From assembly GCF_006345805.1 (NCBI RefSeq), contig NC_043016.1:20460001-20524000 (forward strand): DNA of 64,000 nt, given 5' to 3'. Below, one piece after another: positions 1-13,309 of this stretch. Each line of letters starts with the position of its first letter. The first letter of the stretch is position 1. Below the pieces are notes generated by a model. That model ran no database searches, was not told where the DNA came from, and saw only the letters and a program-made list of their open reading frames with translations. Origin of the DNA: Octopus sinensis. Its lineage: Eukaryota. Both the position numbers and the translations under genes were made by a program.

Positions 1-269
1 GTCACTCCTCAGGTCAACAATAATTACAATAATAGTTAAATAAATAATCAAATAGAATTAAACAATATTTCTTAAAGAAATAAAATCATGACTGTTCTTA
101 TAGAAGAAACTCCGTTAACTAAATTTGAAACTTAAAAAGTAGGACCAGGCATCTATAATACATTTATCATGTTAAAAACCTAAGGTAAAAAAATAGAGAA
201 AATGGTTTTCTCTCAAATCCTGTCTTGCAATCCGAAATATTTCAATTCTTTGGTCCTCATGTCACTGAA

Positions 270-1175
270 CATGGAAAACTTCTTATTTTCCGCTTCTCCC
301 TTGGCTATATATACCTATCTCCTAGCTTCCTTTCTGGCTAACTGATACAGTCCCCTGCTACTCCCACTCTTCCAGGCCTGTTTCTTTGCTCTAATGGCTC
401 TGTTTATAGTATTGTTCCACTACCATGTTACCTTAGGTCTGGAAGGGACTTTGCACTAGCCACAGATTTGGTCTGTGGCACTCAACAAGCTGTCTCACAG
501 GAATTTCCAGCTGTCATCTATGTCACAGGACTGTAACTCCTCCTCCCTTTCATCAAATTTCTCGGTAAGGATATCCCTAAATCACTGACCATGAGAAGGT
601 TTCTTAAGCTTCTAAGTCCTTCTTTTCCAGATTGGCATCCTTCTGGCCTCGAGTCTAAAGTCACTGATAAATAGTCTATGCAGGTGGGTGTACATTCTTC
701 ACCAAGGAGGGTCTTTGTATTTAAGACCAACCATGTATCCTGCAGTCTGGCAAGAATGAAATCAATCTGTCACCTGATTGATAGGTAATCAGGTGGCTGG
801 ATAGATTCCTGAAGTTGGTGTTGCAGATCAATAGATCATTTGCATCGCATAACTCCAGGAGCCTAGTTCCTTCTTCATTTCTGGTACCAACTCCATGGCC
901 CCCATCTAAATAAAAGAAAGATACCAGTTTGATGTCCTACATGGCCATTAAAGATGAGGTCATTGTTACTCGTCTTTGAGGTAGCCTGCAGAAGAATATC
1001 ATAAAAGTGATCCTTCTGTTCATTTGGTAAGCCTGCTTGTGGCAGAGATAATTGTAGCTGTACCATTCTGCAAGACTAGCCTGAGTTTAAGTACTCTATC
1101 ACACATCCTTCAGTACCTCTATGACTTTATCCACCCATTTCTCTGCAAGAGGCATGCCCACATCCCCTATTCCAT
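270..1175 (-). mobile_element. Degraded RTE-type LINE, endonuclease region
   Basis: Frameshifted APE-like peptides (PQAGLPNEQKDHFY, FNGHVG, LVVSDL-like). Confidence 0.65.
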
Positions 1176-1493
1176 CACTCTCTCTCTCTCTATTTATCTA
1201 TCTATCTATCTATTTAACATGTGACTTCATTGACTGAGGTTACTGTAGGCTTTCCTTTCCATGGGTAAACCTCACCTGTCCTCCCCTTTACACTTTATAT
1301 TGACATTTCTGTGATAACGATCCCTACTGATCGATTTTTTTTTATCCCCCCTCCTTTTTTTTGGCTATCCTCTTTCTTTCCTTTTACGATACCTTTGATT
1401 GAAACCCAAAACCCCTTTTTTTATCCCCACAAAGAAAGCTCTACCTAGTAATTTGTCCCATCTGTGTGCAGCCCTGTGTGGCTAATAAAGAAA

Positions 1494-1495
1494 CA

Positions 1496-1564
<69 letters not shown>

Positions 1565-1567
1565 ATC

Positions 1568-1599
<32 letters not shown>

Positions 1600-1632
1600 A
1601 TATATATTATATATATGTATGTATATACATAT
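1494..1632. repeat. (TATC)n + (TA)n microsatellite
   Basis: Direct reading. Confidence 0.95.
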
Positions 1633-2104
1633 GTAAGCAACCTTTTTGAATCCATGTTTTAATGAGTCAATCAGAGCTATCTCCCCTGTCACATTGTTAA
1701 CAACTAGGCGGCGCTCATTAGATAGGGATAAAAAGACGCACACAACCAAGTAACAGCCTCTTTTTCTCTTCCACACGACTGGCTGCTAACTACATTGTCT
1801 CCATCTCTATTTCTGCGACTGGACTGCCCCACATTGATTTGAATTTTGTTAAATCCTCTATACCAGTTATGGAAGATGACAAGATGAAAATCCTTTTCTT
1901 ATTCAACTTCCATTCTGTTCTATTAAATGTTAATATACAAGCTGTGTATAAATGCTCTCATCCCGGATTGGAATAAATACACCATGTCCATGAAGTCTTT
2001 GAAAACTCATAAGAATTGTTGTTTTTCCTCACTGGATTAATTCCTACAGCTATTGAAGGATGACCGGACATTATATTAAATTAGTGGGCTAAAAGCTCGC
2101 TAAA

Positions 2105-2199
2105 CATATATATGTACACATATTTATATACATATATATGCATACATATATATATATACATACAATATATATATACACATATATATGCATGCATATAAA

Positions 2200-2233
<34 letters not shown>

Positions 2234-2267
2234 CATTTATACATATACATCTATACACATACATCTG

Positions 2268-2344
<77 letters not shown>

Positions 2345-2502
2345 TACATATATATATGTCCACATATATATATATATATACATATATATGTACACACACA
2401 CATATATATACATACACACACACATATATATATATATACATATAAATCTATATATATATATACATGTATATATATATATATATGCATACATATATATATG
2501 TC

Positions 2503-2585
<83 letters not shown>

Positions 2586-2713
2586 GCATATATATGTGCA
2601 GATATATATACACATTTGTACATGCATATGTATATATATATATATATATATACAGATATATAATACATATATAATATATATATGTATGCATGTATATATA
2701 TATAATATATATA
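2105..2713. repeat. Long compound (TA)n/(CA)n microsatellite
   Basis: Direct reading; source of the YI-repeat ORFs. Confidence 0.95.
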
Positions 2714-3688
2714 ATGTGAGAGAGATAATAGTTTCATTTTTAATAGTTTCACTATGTAATGTATATTTTATATATATAGTGCAAGTATTAAAACTGAAGC
2801 TATTACCTCACATTACAATAGAGATGTTATTGTTTCACTTTTGACATGTAGATTGCTTTGGGCTTGCATTACACAAGAAGTTGAAAATGTTTTTGGCTTG
2901 TGACATTCCATGAACCCTAAGTAGTGTATATGTAACATTTGAATGAAATCTGTTGGGTAGTTCTTGAGTGTTAGTGATGCAGACAGACATACATTCTCAG
3001 TTTTATATATATATATAGTAATTAGAAATTTGAAAATAGGTTATAAAAAATAATAGTAGTAAGCAGTTAGTTAGTACAATAAATAGAATAATACAAAAAT
3101 TAGTTATATATTACAATAAAATCTACCTTTAACAACAAATTCACAGTAAAATTTACTTGAGTTACTGCTTAAGTTATAGCCAAGTCTTCACATTTTTAGT
3201 TTTGACCCAATGCTTATTTTTTTATATAATGAATTTGCCTACCATATATACTATTCTACTTTGCATAAAGCTTTAGCTATATTGGTACTTCTGGCTCTCA
3301 TTTTTAAAGTATTCTAGTGTATCAATATTTTAGCAAAATGATGGTACCTTTTTAAATTATACTGTTACTTTGTAAATTAGAATAAAATAATTTTTTAATA
3401 TTGAAATTTTATTCTTAGCTGCAATATTTTAACCAAAAATTTTCTTGTTCTGTACTTTACCAGATGTAATAACTTGTCCTGTACTTTTCCAGGTTTATAA
3501 TCTTAAGAATATTATTTCTCTTGCTCATATTTTCCCATGTAATCCATGTTTTTTCCAGGCTATGCTGTTATGCTAATTAATAGTGTGTAAATTAATAATT
3601 TATGATTTTACCTTATTGAAAATTGAATAATAAATTTTTAAAAAATATGAGAGTATTGTAGTTCGCTTGAAGCATTGTGTATTGTTTG

Positions 3689-3934
3689 TAAAGAATAAAA
3701 AGTTTTGAATGGTACAACAATGCACTATAATACAAACAATGGGCTATATACCTGTTGTAATTTAGTCATCCATAGTATGATAATATTTTGGAGCAGCTCC
3801 ATCTAAGAATATCTGAAGAAGGAATTTTATTCCAAAATATTATAAGACTATGGATGACTAAATTACAACAGGTATATAGCCCATTGTTTGTATTATAGTG
3901 CATTGTTGAACCATTCAAAACTTTTTATTCTTTA
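3689..3934. repeat. Near-perfect inverted repeat (about 104-bp arms, 38-nt spacer)
   Basis: taaagaataaaaagttttgaatgg...ccattcaaaactttttattcttta. Confidence 0.9.
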
Positions 3935-6084
3935 AAAAAATATTTATATTTTTTCATTTTTGTGATTGAATTATTATTATTATTGAATTAAAATAAAAGT
4001 TTTAATCTAAAAAAATAAAAATAAGATCAGTATTTGAAGAGCACTTCATTTACATTGACTTGTTATAAAATTAAAAATTGGAAATAAAATTAGAAAATGA
4101 TTGAATGAATCCACCCTGTGGCACATGGAACCATGCTCTCATGACAGGGCACCCACCACCATTTTAATTAGAATAAATTAATAGAAATAGATTTATTAAA
4201 CAAATTAATAGAAATATATTTATACTAGAAATCTGGTGTGTATTAACAACTTAATGTTGAACTTCAAGCAGTGTAAGATTGCCAACATATATAAATAAAC
4301 TACAAGTGATTGTTAGTTTGTTAGATGATGCCAAAAAATTAACAAAAACAAACAAAAAATAATGGCTGGTGAATTTGCATTAAAACTGAAGCTATTATCT
4401 CACATTACAATAGAGATGTTATTGTTTCACTTTTGACAAAGGAAAAATATTAATGTGATTTGAGAGTAAAAAAAATAATTTGCAAACTTTCTTTAATTGA
4501 ATATAGTTTAAAAGTCTGTTAATAATTTTTTTAATGTAAATTAATGTATATAAAATTTTGTCCTGACTTTAAGTCATCCTCTTGCCCCACTGGCAACCAT
4601 TTCTGACTGTAAATACCATATGACACTTGTCTTTCTTTGTGTAACATGAACTTAGTTTGTGTATGACTGACTTTATTTTTAGTAGAAATTTGCTTGTAGA
4701 GGAATGAAATGAGTGTTAGACAAAGACTAATTAGGCAAATTCTACTGTATATGCATTATGTAAAAATGTTATATATGTAGAAATTTCTCAGAATACAGTG
4801 AAATTATAAGAGTTATTCATTGTTATTTTGTGATTTGCTTCTAAATTAAAGCAAAATTAATAAATTTTTAGTGCTAAATTGAAAAAGAAGAGGTAAACCT
4901 CAAAATTGCTGGGCAGTGGGGAATGACCCACCACCCACCTGCAAATTAAGAGGTGAAGGCCACCTCTTAAAAAATTGCTGGTGAATGGTTTCAAATTCTA
5001 GGGGGTGGGGAGGGGGCGTCCACCCACCTCAAATCCACATATGTTTCTGACCCCTTGCTTTGCTTTTTTTTTTGAATTCTGCTCCAAACTTCCTCATTGT
5101 AATTTCTCAGTTATCCACTTTCCTCCCACCCTATCCACCATTTCTGACTCTCTGCCTTCTTTTCTTGAATCCTGCTTCAAACATCCTCATTGTCCTTTCT
5201 TCAGTCATCCTCTTGTCCACTGTCCATCATTTCCACCTCTTTGCCTTGCATTTCCTGTATTCTAAATTTTACATTTCAAAAATTTGGAAAACAAAAAAAA
5301 AATAAATTTTATATTTCAAAAAACACAGTGATAAGAAGAATAAAAAAATGATAATAAAAAGAAGATACTGGTAAAAATAACCAAAACAAAACTGTTATTG
5401 TTTTTATTTAAAATTTTAAAAATTTGGCCCATTTTCATTAGGAATTGTCAATATTTTGATAATAAATTGATAAATGATAAGTAAAACCTTATTTGTTACT
5501 CATCATAAATGAATATCTTAATTATAAAACTTGTACTAGTGATTTTTACTTTTTTCTTTAAAAATTAATTTTTTTTGTAAAAAGTATAGAACCATCTTTA
5601 TAAAAAAGTATATATCACCCTCAAATTTGAAAAACAAACACTCATAACATTTTTCTTTTAAAACTTCATCACATGAGATTGATACCATGAAATTCCTTAG
5701 GTTGAGCTCTATCATTTAAGCTTAATTAAAATATAGTTTGTTTTTAAAATAAAAAAGTTAATAATACTTAAATTCAATTTTTTACCTTATATTTTTTTCA
5801 TAATATTTTACCTCACAACTTTTTTTATACAAATTTTTGTTGCATGGGACCAAAACTATGAAATTCCTCATGCTTTCTTCTATCATTTAAACATACTTTG
5901 CTTTTAAACATACTTTGCTTTTAAAATAAAAAAAGTTATTTAGAGCTAAGCTTGATTGGAAGCATTACTTACTCTCCTATAACATTGCTACAAATTTTGA
6001 TGTAAATTGCGGCCTTAAGAATATTATTCAACTACTACCATAGTTGAATGATATTCATATATGATATTTGTATATATATATATG

Positions 6085-6451
6085 TGTGTGATCATTGCCA
6101 GAGCAGCCAACTGGCTTCCGTACCTGTGGCACGTAAAAGGGCACCATTCGAGTGTGATCGTTACCAACGTCACTTCACTGGCACCTGTGCCGGTGGCATG
6201 TGTAAAAAGATTCGAGCAAGGTCGTTGCCAGTGCCACCTAACTGGCCGCCATGCCAGTGGCATGTAAAAAGCACCCACTACACTCTCAGAGTGGTTGGCG
6301 TTAGGAAGGGCATCCAGCTGTAGAAACTCTGCCAGATCAAGAATGGAGCCTGGTGCAGCCATTTGGCTCGCCAGCCCTCAGTCAAAATTGTCCAACCCAT
6401 GCTAGCATGGAAAGCGGACGTTAAATGATGATGATGATGATGATGATGATG
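6085..6451 (+). mobile_element. SINE family B (GGAAGGGCATCC core, RTE-like tail, (GAT)n)
   Basis: gagtggttggcgttaggaagggcatccagctgtagaaac...gcatggaaagcggacgttaaa(tga)n; many copies in the window. Confidence 0.85.
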
Positions 6452-7934
6452 ATATATATATATATATATATTTATCAACATGCATATGTTGTAGTGGGAT
6501 AACTGGCAGGCTATCAGAGCAGATAGATTTTGTAAGGTGCAAGTGTTCCAGAGCAATAAGCATGAGTAGAAAAATGAAAATCAAGATATTAAAGACTTTA
6601 CTGTCTTGTTTGTCCACAAGATTTTATGTGAATGGGTTCAAATTCTAGGGTGGAGTGGGGAGTGGGCGTCCACCTACCTCAAATCCACATCATCATCACT
6701 TAGCATCCGTACTCTATGCTGGCTGGAGTTGGGGCAGAGTTTGATAGGATTCAACAGGTCAAAGGACTACGTTGAGCTCCAGTGTCCACTTTGGCATAGG
6801 TTTTATAGTTGGATACTCTTCCTAATGTCAACTACTTTACAAAGTCAGTGGATGCTTTTTCATATCACTTGTTCTTGTGAGATTGCCAAGCAGCTCACAA
6901 GTTAAGACTACCTTGACTGAGAGGAGTGTAGTATTGAGGGAGATGGCTTTTGCCAAGTGTTGAGACATAAGAATGATAGAGAGACTGGAATTGATGTCTT
7001 GCTGTTGATGAGATACATGGCCACTCCAATTGAAAATGGAGAGAGGAAGATTGTGACTATGAGGTGTAAAGACATACCCTCAAGGTACAAGAGAGTGAAT
7101 GTGAGAGGAATAAAGATAGAGAATCAGGTAAATTTGCAAGAGTGTGAGGTGAGCAACAGATAGTTAAAGGTAGGGAATGTAGGGATATAGATAATACAGT
7201 GAATGGCAAACAGAGGAGGGGGAAGGTTCAGTAGTGAATATCAGTTCAGAAGAATGTGAGGGAAATAGGAGTTAGGTAGGAGGTGATAAGTAGTAGTACA
7301 AAAGTGGGGATGAAAAGCAGCATTGTAGTAAAACTGTATAGACAAGAAATAGGGAGATGGTGGGAAGTGCAGGGGAGAGTGAGGGCTGTTCATTCACAAG
7401 GGCAAGGATTAGAGGTAGGAGGGAATAAACAAGAAAGTGAAGGGCAAGTGCAGTGGGGTTAATGGCTGATATGAAATGATGATCAATAATGTATACTAAG
7501 CATGTTAAGCGGCTTTAAGGAGAGGAAGGAACTGGTAGCATAAAAATGTAGGGGACAAAATACGTGCACCTCTGCTCCCTTATATTTGCAGCAGCTGAGG
7601 TGCTGTGGTTAGAAGGGTAATGGAGGGATGTGTATCAGAAAGATGAGTTGTGAGTACAGCTTGAATGCAGGGTCCAGGGCCAAGACAAAACATGTTTTTA
7701 GGACCTCATTTTTGCCAGGTTGGGCTAGTTTTCTCAAGCATGAATCACCAGTCATTCTTCTCTCTTTTGTTACATACCTTCCTCAGTTTTCCAACCATGT
7801 TTAGTGATTGACACTTCTTTATGCAACTGTTCTCATCTGTGCATATCACATACCCATACCAACACAGTTTTAAAAATCACATCTGATACATTCTTATGCC
7901 CAGTTTTTTTCTCACATTTTTACTTTCTTGTATA

Positions 7935-8148
7935 GGCGGCGAGCTGGCAGAATCGTTAGCACGCTGGGCAAAATGCTTAGTGGTATTTCGTCTGCCGCTA
8001 CGTTCTGAGTTCAAATTCCACCGAGGTCGATTTTGCCTTTCATCCTTTCGGGGTCGATTAAATAGGTACCAGTTACACACTGGGGTCGATATAATCGACT
8101 TAATCCGTTTGTCCTCTGTGTTTAGCCCCTTGTGGGTAGGAAAGAAAT
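7935..8148 (+). mobile_element. tRNA-derived SINE family A (Meta-domain-like core)
   Basis: A box TGGCAGAATCG, B box GAGTTCAAATTC, core gcctttcatcctttcggggtcgat...gtacc. Confidence 0.88.
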
Positions 8149-9043
8149 ATGTATATGAACACTGTTAGTACACATCCAATGGAGCATACTATTTTCATTT
8201 CCTTCTAACCTTCATATGTCCTCTGCATTCATGACCCAGACTACACTACAGAATCAAATAATTAAGATGCAAAAGATAAGCCCGAAAAAGAAGGATACTT
8301 AATATATGTGTGTGTGTGTGGACATAAGTATAAGTGTGTCAATGGATTTCTCAGTATATCTTTATATGGATATATGTGCATGAGTGTAGATATATCTGTG
8401 TATGTATATATGTATGCGGGTGGTTACAGTTGCAGATGTACATATTTGAGTTGTTAAATATAGTTAGATATATGTATAGGAATATGTGTGGGTGAACAAA
8501 TATGTTTGCTTATAAATGCATATGTGGGGTGTGTTTGTGTGTGTGTGTGTGTATCTATATATAATTTATACAGAAAATGCTGATAAGCGAGTATGAATAT
8601 TTGTGTGTGTATTTTGTTTGTGAGTATATATATATATATATGTGTGTGTGTGTATTTATGGATATACTAAATTATTTGTTATGTGAAAATGTAAAGGTGA
8701 GCTTAGGTCAACTTGAATGTCCAATTGTTTTTGTTCTATTCTGATTGCATGGTTTTATTCAGCTGCATTTCATTATCAGTGTATAACATATTTGATTCAT
8801 TTACTTATTTCTATATTTTCTTTATTCATTGCAAGTCACCTTATTGCTTATATGAGAAGCATTCTACAATATAAACAAGCTCCTCACATACAACTACTAC
8901 AATATATTCTAATCGAAATAAGTGAAATGGAGATGAAACACATCCATTCCTACTATGTACCACAACTATTTCTACAGTATCTCACCCACGTGGCACCAGT
9001 GCATAATGGGTTGAAATGATTGTAGTGAATGATAAAGAATCTT

Positions 9044-9447
9044 GCGTCCCCAAAGTCCATCCAATCCTCACCATGGTGGGGATGATGGCAACGGGTAGTG
9101 TCAGAACTATGCCGTCAGGAACTTCGGTTCCTGGTAGGGCCACCCAAGGCAGATTGGTCTGACACCGAGTGGTATTAGGGCCACAACCCGGCAGACAGGG
9201 CTCTGGTGAAAATCCTCGGAGTGTCTGTTTTGTTAACCGGTGGCTCCTCGGTCGTTCTGTCCCTGCGTCTGCGGACAATCTGCGGCAAACAGGATGTCTC
9301 TATATGCGGGATTGTTGGGGGGGCCGCTTGTGAAATTCATATTCCCACAAAACTTCTTCCACTGCCATAGTTCGAGATGCCTCGAGGGTGGTAGAAGAAG
9401 CTGACTCAACTCGCCCAGGGTGAATGTCGCTACAAGTACAAGTAAGT
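9044..9447 (+). mobile_element. Bipartite non-autonomous RTE element (5'UTR + 3' end)
   Basis: RTE 5' motif ggtagggccacccaagg; 3' end cagggtgaatgtcgcta followed by caagta repeats; TSD ataaagaat at 9032 and 9448. Confidence 0.75.
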
Positions 9448-9765
9448 ATAAAGAATATTCAGAATTCCATTTTTCCACTCATGTTTTATAAACTCTACAG
9501 ACATGACAAAATTTCTGAAGTAAATCCAGTAGCTTGTACCTTCGTATTGTTAATGACGTCAGATAGCCGAATATTATGAATGGAATTTAAACAGCATACT
9601 ACAAGATGTATACCTATGTACAAAATTATCTATAAATGCGAAACTTTGTCTGACCAGGATCCGTGTATCTCAGTCTACATTTGCTTTACATAGATACATT
9701 ATACCTTTTTGGAATCAGGATGATCCTGGGATTGAAAGTCTGCTCTTCATTTGATTCTTCAACAT

Positions 9766-10450
9766 CCATCATCATCATCATCATCATTTAGCGTCTCTTG
9801 TCCATGTTGGCATGGGTTGGACAGTTTGACCGGGGCTGGCAAGCTGGAAGGCTGCACCAGACCCCAGTTTGATTTGACGTGGTTTCTATGGCTGGATACT
9901 CTTCCTAATGCCAACCACTCTGCGAGTATAATAGGTGCTTTCATATGCCACTAACACGTATACCATTTGCGAGCTAGCAGAATCGTTAGCACGTCGGGCG
10001 AAATGCTTAGCGGTATTTCGTCTGCCGTTACGTTGTGAGTTCAAATTCCGCCGAGGTCGACTTTGCCTTTCATCCTTTCGGGGTCGATAAATTAAGTACC
10101 AGTTAAGCACTGGGGTTGATATAATCGACTTAATACCTATGTCTGTCCATGTTTGTCCCCTCTATGTTCAGCCCCTTGTGGGTAATAAAGAAATAGGTAT
10201 CTGCCACGACTGTGATTTTACTTGGCTTGTTGGGTCTTCTTCTCAAGCATGACATAATCCCAAAGGTCTCAGTCATTGCCTCGATGAGGCCCAACACTTG
10301 AAAGGCGCAATGTTCGAAAGGTGCTTTTTATGTGCCAGTTACCTGACACCAGCATCAGCCATGACTATGATTTCACTTGGCTTGACAGGTCTTCTCAAGC
10401 ACTGCGTATCACCAAAGGTCTCGGTCGCTAGTCATTACCATCATGAGGCC
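9766..10450 (-). mobile_element. SINE family B / RTE tail interrupted by a family A SINE (9969-10195, +)
   Basis: (cat)n tail at left; family A head and core inserted internally. Confidence 0.75.
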
Positions 10451-11920
10451 CAAAGTTTGAAGCTCATGCTTCACCACCTCGTCATGTCTTCCTGAGTCTA
10501 TCTCTACCACAGGTTCCCTCTACAGTTATGGATCTGCTTTACAAGCATTTAGGTTGCTATTTCTAGCATGTAAAGCTTGGTTGGTGTTCATCAGATGATG
10601 TTAGAAATGAAGAGGGAGGTAAATGACATTCACTTTGCTAATTTCACATTGAAATAAGAACTTTGGGACAAATTGGCCAACAATTGGAATTCAACTTGGG
10701 ACTGGAGAAATAGAATGATTGCATTACAGAATTAATTCTCATTCATCCTTAACCTCTAATCAAATATCACTGGGGCATATAGTCATTATAGATGTATTAT
10801 AATCATGCTATTTAGCTCTCTTTGATTTTGGGTCACAGGCCCATTAGTCCTCTGCAGGAGTTAGCTTAAAAGTTTGCACAGAGTGTGACGTTTAAACTAG
10901 TTACTTATATACATCATTACAATTCTGGAAAAATACTTTTTCAAATTTTCAATTTTCCTCTTTTAAATCCACTTCGTTTGCCCTGACTTTCACATTACAA
11001 ACATTTGAGGAAGTCTTTAAACCTATCCATTCATTAACACTTGTGTGGAAGCCTGATAAATCAACAGGTCATATGAGGGAGGCCTCAGGGTGGTTGCTTG
11101 ATATGCTAGAAACAACAATCACTTCTCTCTCTAACCATGCATCAGATGTCTTATAAATGAAAGAACACATTGGACAAAGTCCAACATATATAAAAATATG
11201 GAAATTATGATTCTAAAATATAATTTTTTCCAAAATTTCTATTTTTGAAACATACTTTCTCCAGCTTTCAGAACAACACCTCTACCTGATAGAAATCAGG
11301 AATGCATCAGCCCTACTGCCACTAAAATATTAACTTTTTTTTGCTCCCGCTCATCACTCTTTATGAATGTGAAGGCAATGTAGAGTTTGCATTCAAATAA
11401 TCTTGTTCTCTATGCTATGGTGGAGATAAGTTTCAAATCATCATAATTTTTTTAAACACGAAATTCATCCACCCCTTTTTCAATTCCCACAGACCCACCT
11501 AAGGATGTGGGATGGGCTAATGAAACACACATTTAAAATTTTTTTTCAAATTATGGTTATTGCACTTCTCCTCCAATCCTCCCGTCATGCAAATATGCTC
11601 CAGTTTGACAACAATTTTAATTTACTGTTCAGCTTCAAGGTGACATCATTAGCATGTCGAACAAAATGCTTTGTAGCATTTCTTTCAGTCTAATGTTCCG
11701 AGTTCAAATTCTGCCAAGGCTGACTTTGCTTTTCATCCTCTCAGGATTGATGAAATAAGTACTAGTTGAGCACTGGAGTTGATGTAAACCGCTAACTCCA
11801 CTCCCACCAAATTTTTGCTCATGCAATAATTCTCGAGACGACAAACCCATACCTCAGCTCCTTTATTAATGAGAAAAGGAAATACAGTTCTTTCTTTGCA
11901 ATGGTATTTATTGGACAAAG

Positions 11921-12116
11921 GGCGGCGAGCTAGCAGAAACATTAGCACACCGGGCAAAATGCCTAGCGGTATTTTGGCTGCCATTACGTTCTGAGTTCAA
12001 ATTCCATCGAGGTCGACTTTGCCTTTCATGGTCGATAAATTAAGTACCAGTTATGCACTGGGGTCGATGTAATCGACTTAATCCGTTTTTCTGTCCTTTT
12101 GGTTAGTAAAGAAACA
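11921..12116 (+). mobile_element. SINE family A with 16-bp TSD
   Basis: TSD GGTATTTATTGGACAA at 11903 and 12117; a degenerate copy also lies at about 11640-11790. Confidence 0.88.
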
Positions 12117-12481
12117 GGTATTTATTGGACAAGTTTTAAACATTTTCAATATTCCTATTCTTTATTTTTGAACATGGCAAATTGCCTAGCTCCTTTTCAG
12201 CCTTTACAATATCCCAGAGGGTCCCCTTTCCTCCTTGAAAAATGCTGTTATAATGTTTCCTCAATTGGAATGGAATTATAATTGAAGATAAAGAAACAAG
12301 CCAGCTGGAATCCTTTTAGCCAAGGGCAGGAACTAATTGCAAGTCTATGATAATTTGTATTTAGGAAAAATTATGGAATTTTAATTTTACTAATTCACAT
12401 TAAATTAGTTTTAGTCTGAAGGTTTAAACAGTGTTTTTCTGTTGGTTTTGAGAGACAATGTCAGACATTTAAAACTTGTCC

Positions 12482-13287
12482 TAACCAATCGCTGACCTTC
12501 ATTGATGTGAACAACATTCCGTGCCGTATGAATATGTCCCTCGTTTAAGAAACAGATTGGGTTTATTTACATTTGCGAAGAAATAAAGATACCCTTCCCT
12601 CACCCCTAACCATAACTCTAAACCTAACCCTAAAATAGATTGAAATGCAATAGATCGATACTAGGGTTATAATTATGGGTGACATTTTCATTTGACACCG
12701 CTAGAAAAAATCCCATTTTCCGTAGCGGTGTCTATGAAATTGTCACCCATAATTATAACCCTAGTATCGATCTATTGCATTTCAATCTATTTTAGGGTTA
12801 GGGTTAGGGTTAGGGATGAGGGAAGGGTATCTTTTTTTTTTTCTTCGCAAATGTAAATAAACCCAATCTGTTTCTTAAACGAGGGACATTTTCATACGGC
12901 ACAGAATGTTGTTTACGTCAATGGAGGTCAGCGATTGGTTAAAATTGCCGAAATGCCCGAAATTAAAGTCGAAATATGTTACAACATATAGAATTTTCTC
13001 AATAAAGCCAAGAAAAAATGATGTTTTATAAACACATTCTACCAGTACACGAAGTTTAAAAGTGTTTAGTTAACTAGAAATTGTATTGAAAACTGCCATT
13101 CAAAAGGAAAAGATCCTGGGTTTATTTACTTTTCTGAAGAAAAAAAAAAGATACCCTTCCCCCCACCCCTAACCCTAACCCTAAAACAGATAGGAAATGC
13201 AATAGATCGATACTAGGGTCATAATTATGGATGACAATTTCATATGACACCGCTAGAAAAAAACTGCCGTTCAAACCGAAAAGATCC
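12482..13287. mobile_element. Cluster of three TTAGGG-containing MITE copies forming a 460-bp palindrome
   Basis: 12482-12703 is the inverse of 12723-12941; TIR ...actgccgttcaaaccgaaaagatcc ends at 13116 (variant) and 13287; same family as 41860-42288. Confidence 0.88.
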
Positions 13288-13309
13288 AATAACACACAAA
13301 AACACAAAG

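Noticed and set aside
2083-2101. Helitron-like 3' hairpin AGTGGGCT-AAA-AGCTCGCT
   Set aside because: No CTRR end or definable 5' boundary; insufficient support.
2138-2844. Long YI/HT-repeat ORFs on both strands
   Set aside because: Translations of (TA)n/(CA)n microsatellite, which lacks stop codons.
6024-6556. Recurrent ORFs such as [27 protein letters not shown] and poly-His
   Set aside because: Chance translations of SINE families A/B and (CAT)n tails, repeated at each copy.
8717-9478. ORFs 8717-9019, 8982-9278 and 9233-9478 as a divergent gene
   Set aside because: They overlap or abut the bipartite RTE insertion; no recognisable domain or consistent splice structure.
12790-12816. (TTAGGG)n as a chromosome end or fusion site
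   Set aside because: Only 3-4 units, internal to a TIR-bounded MITE that recurs at 41860.
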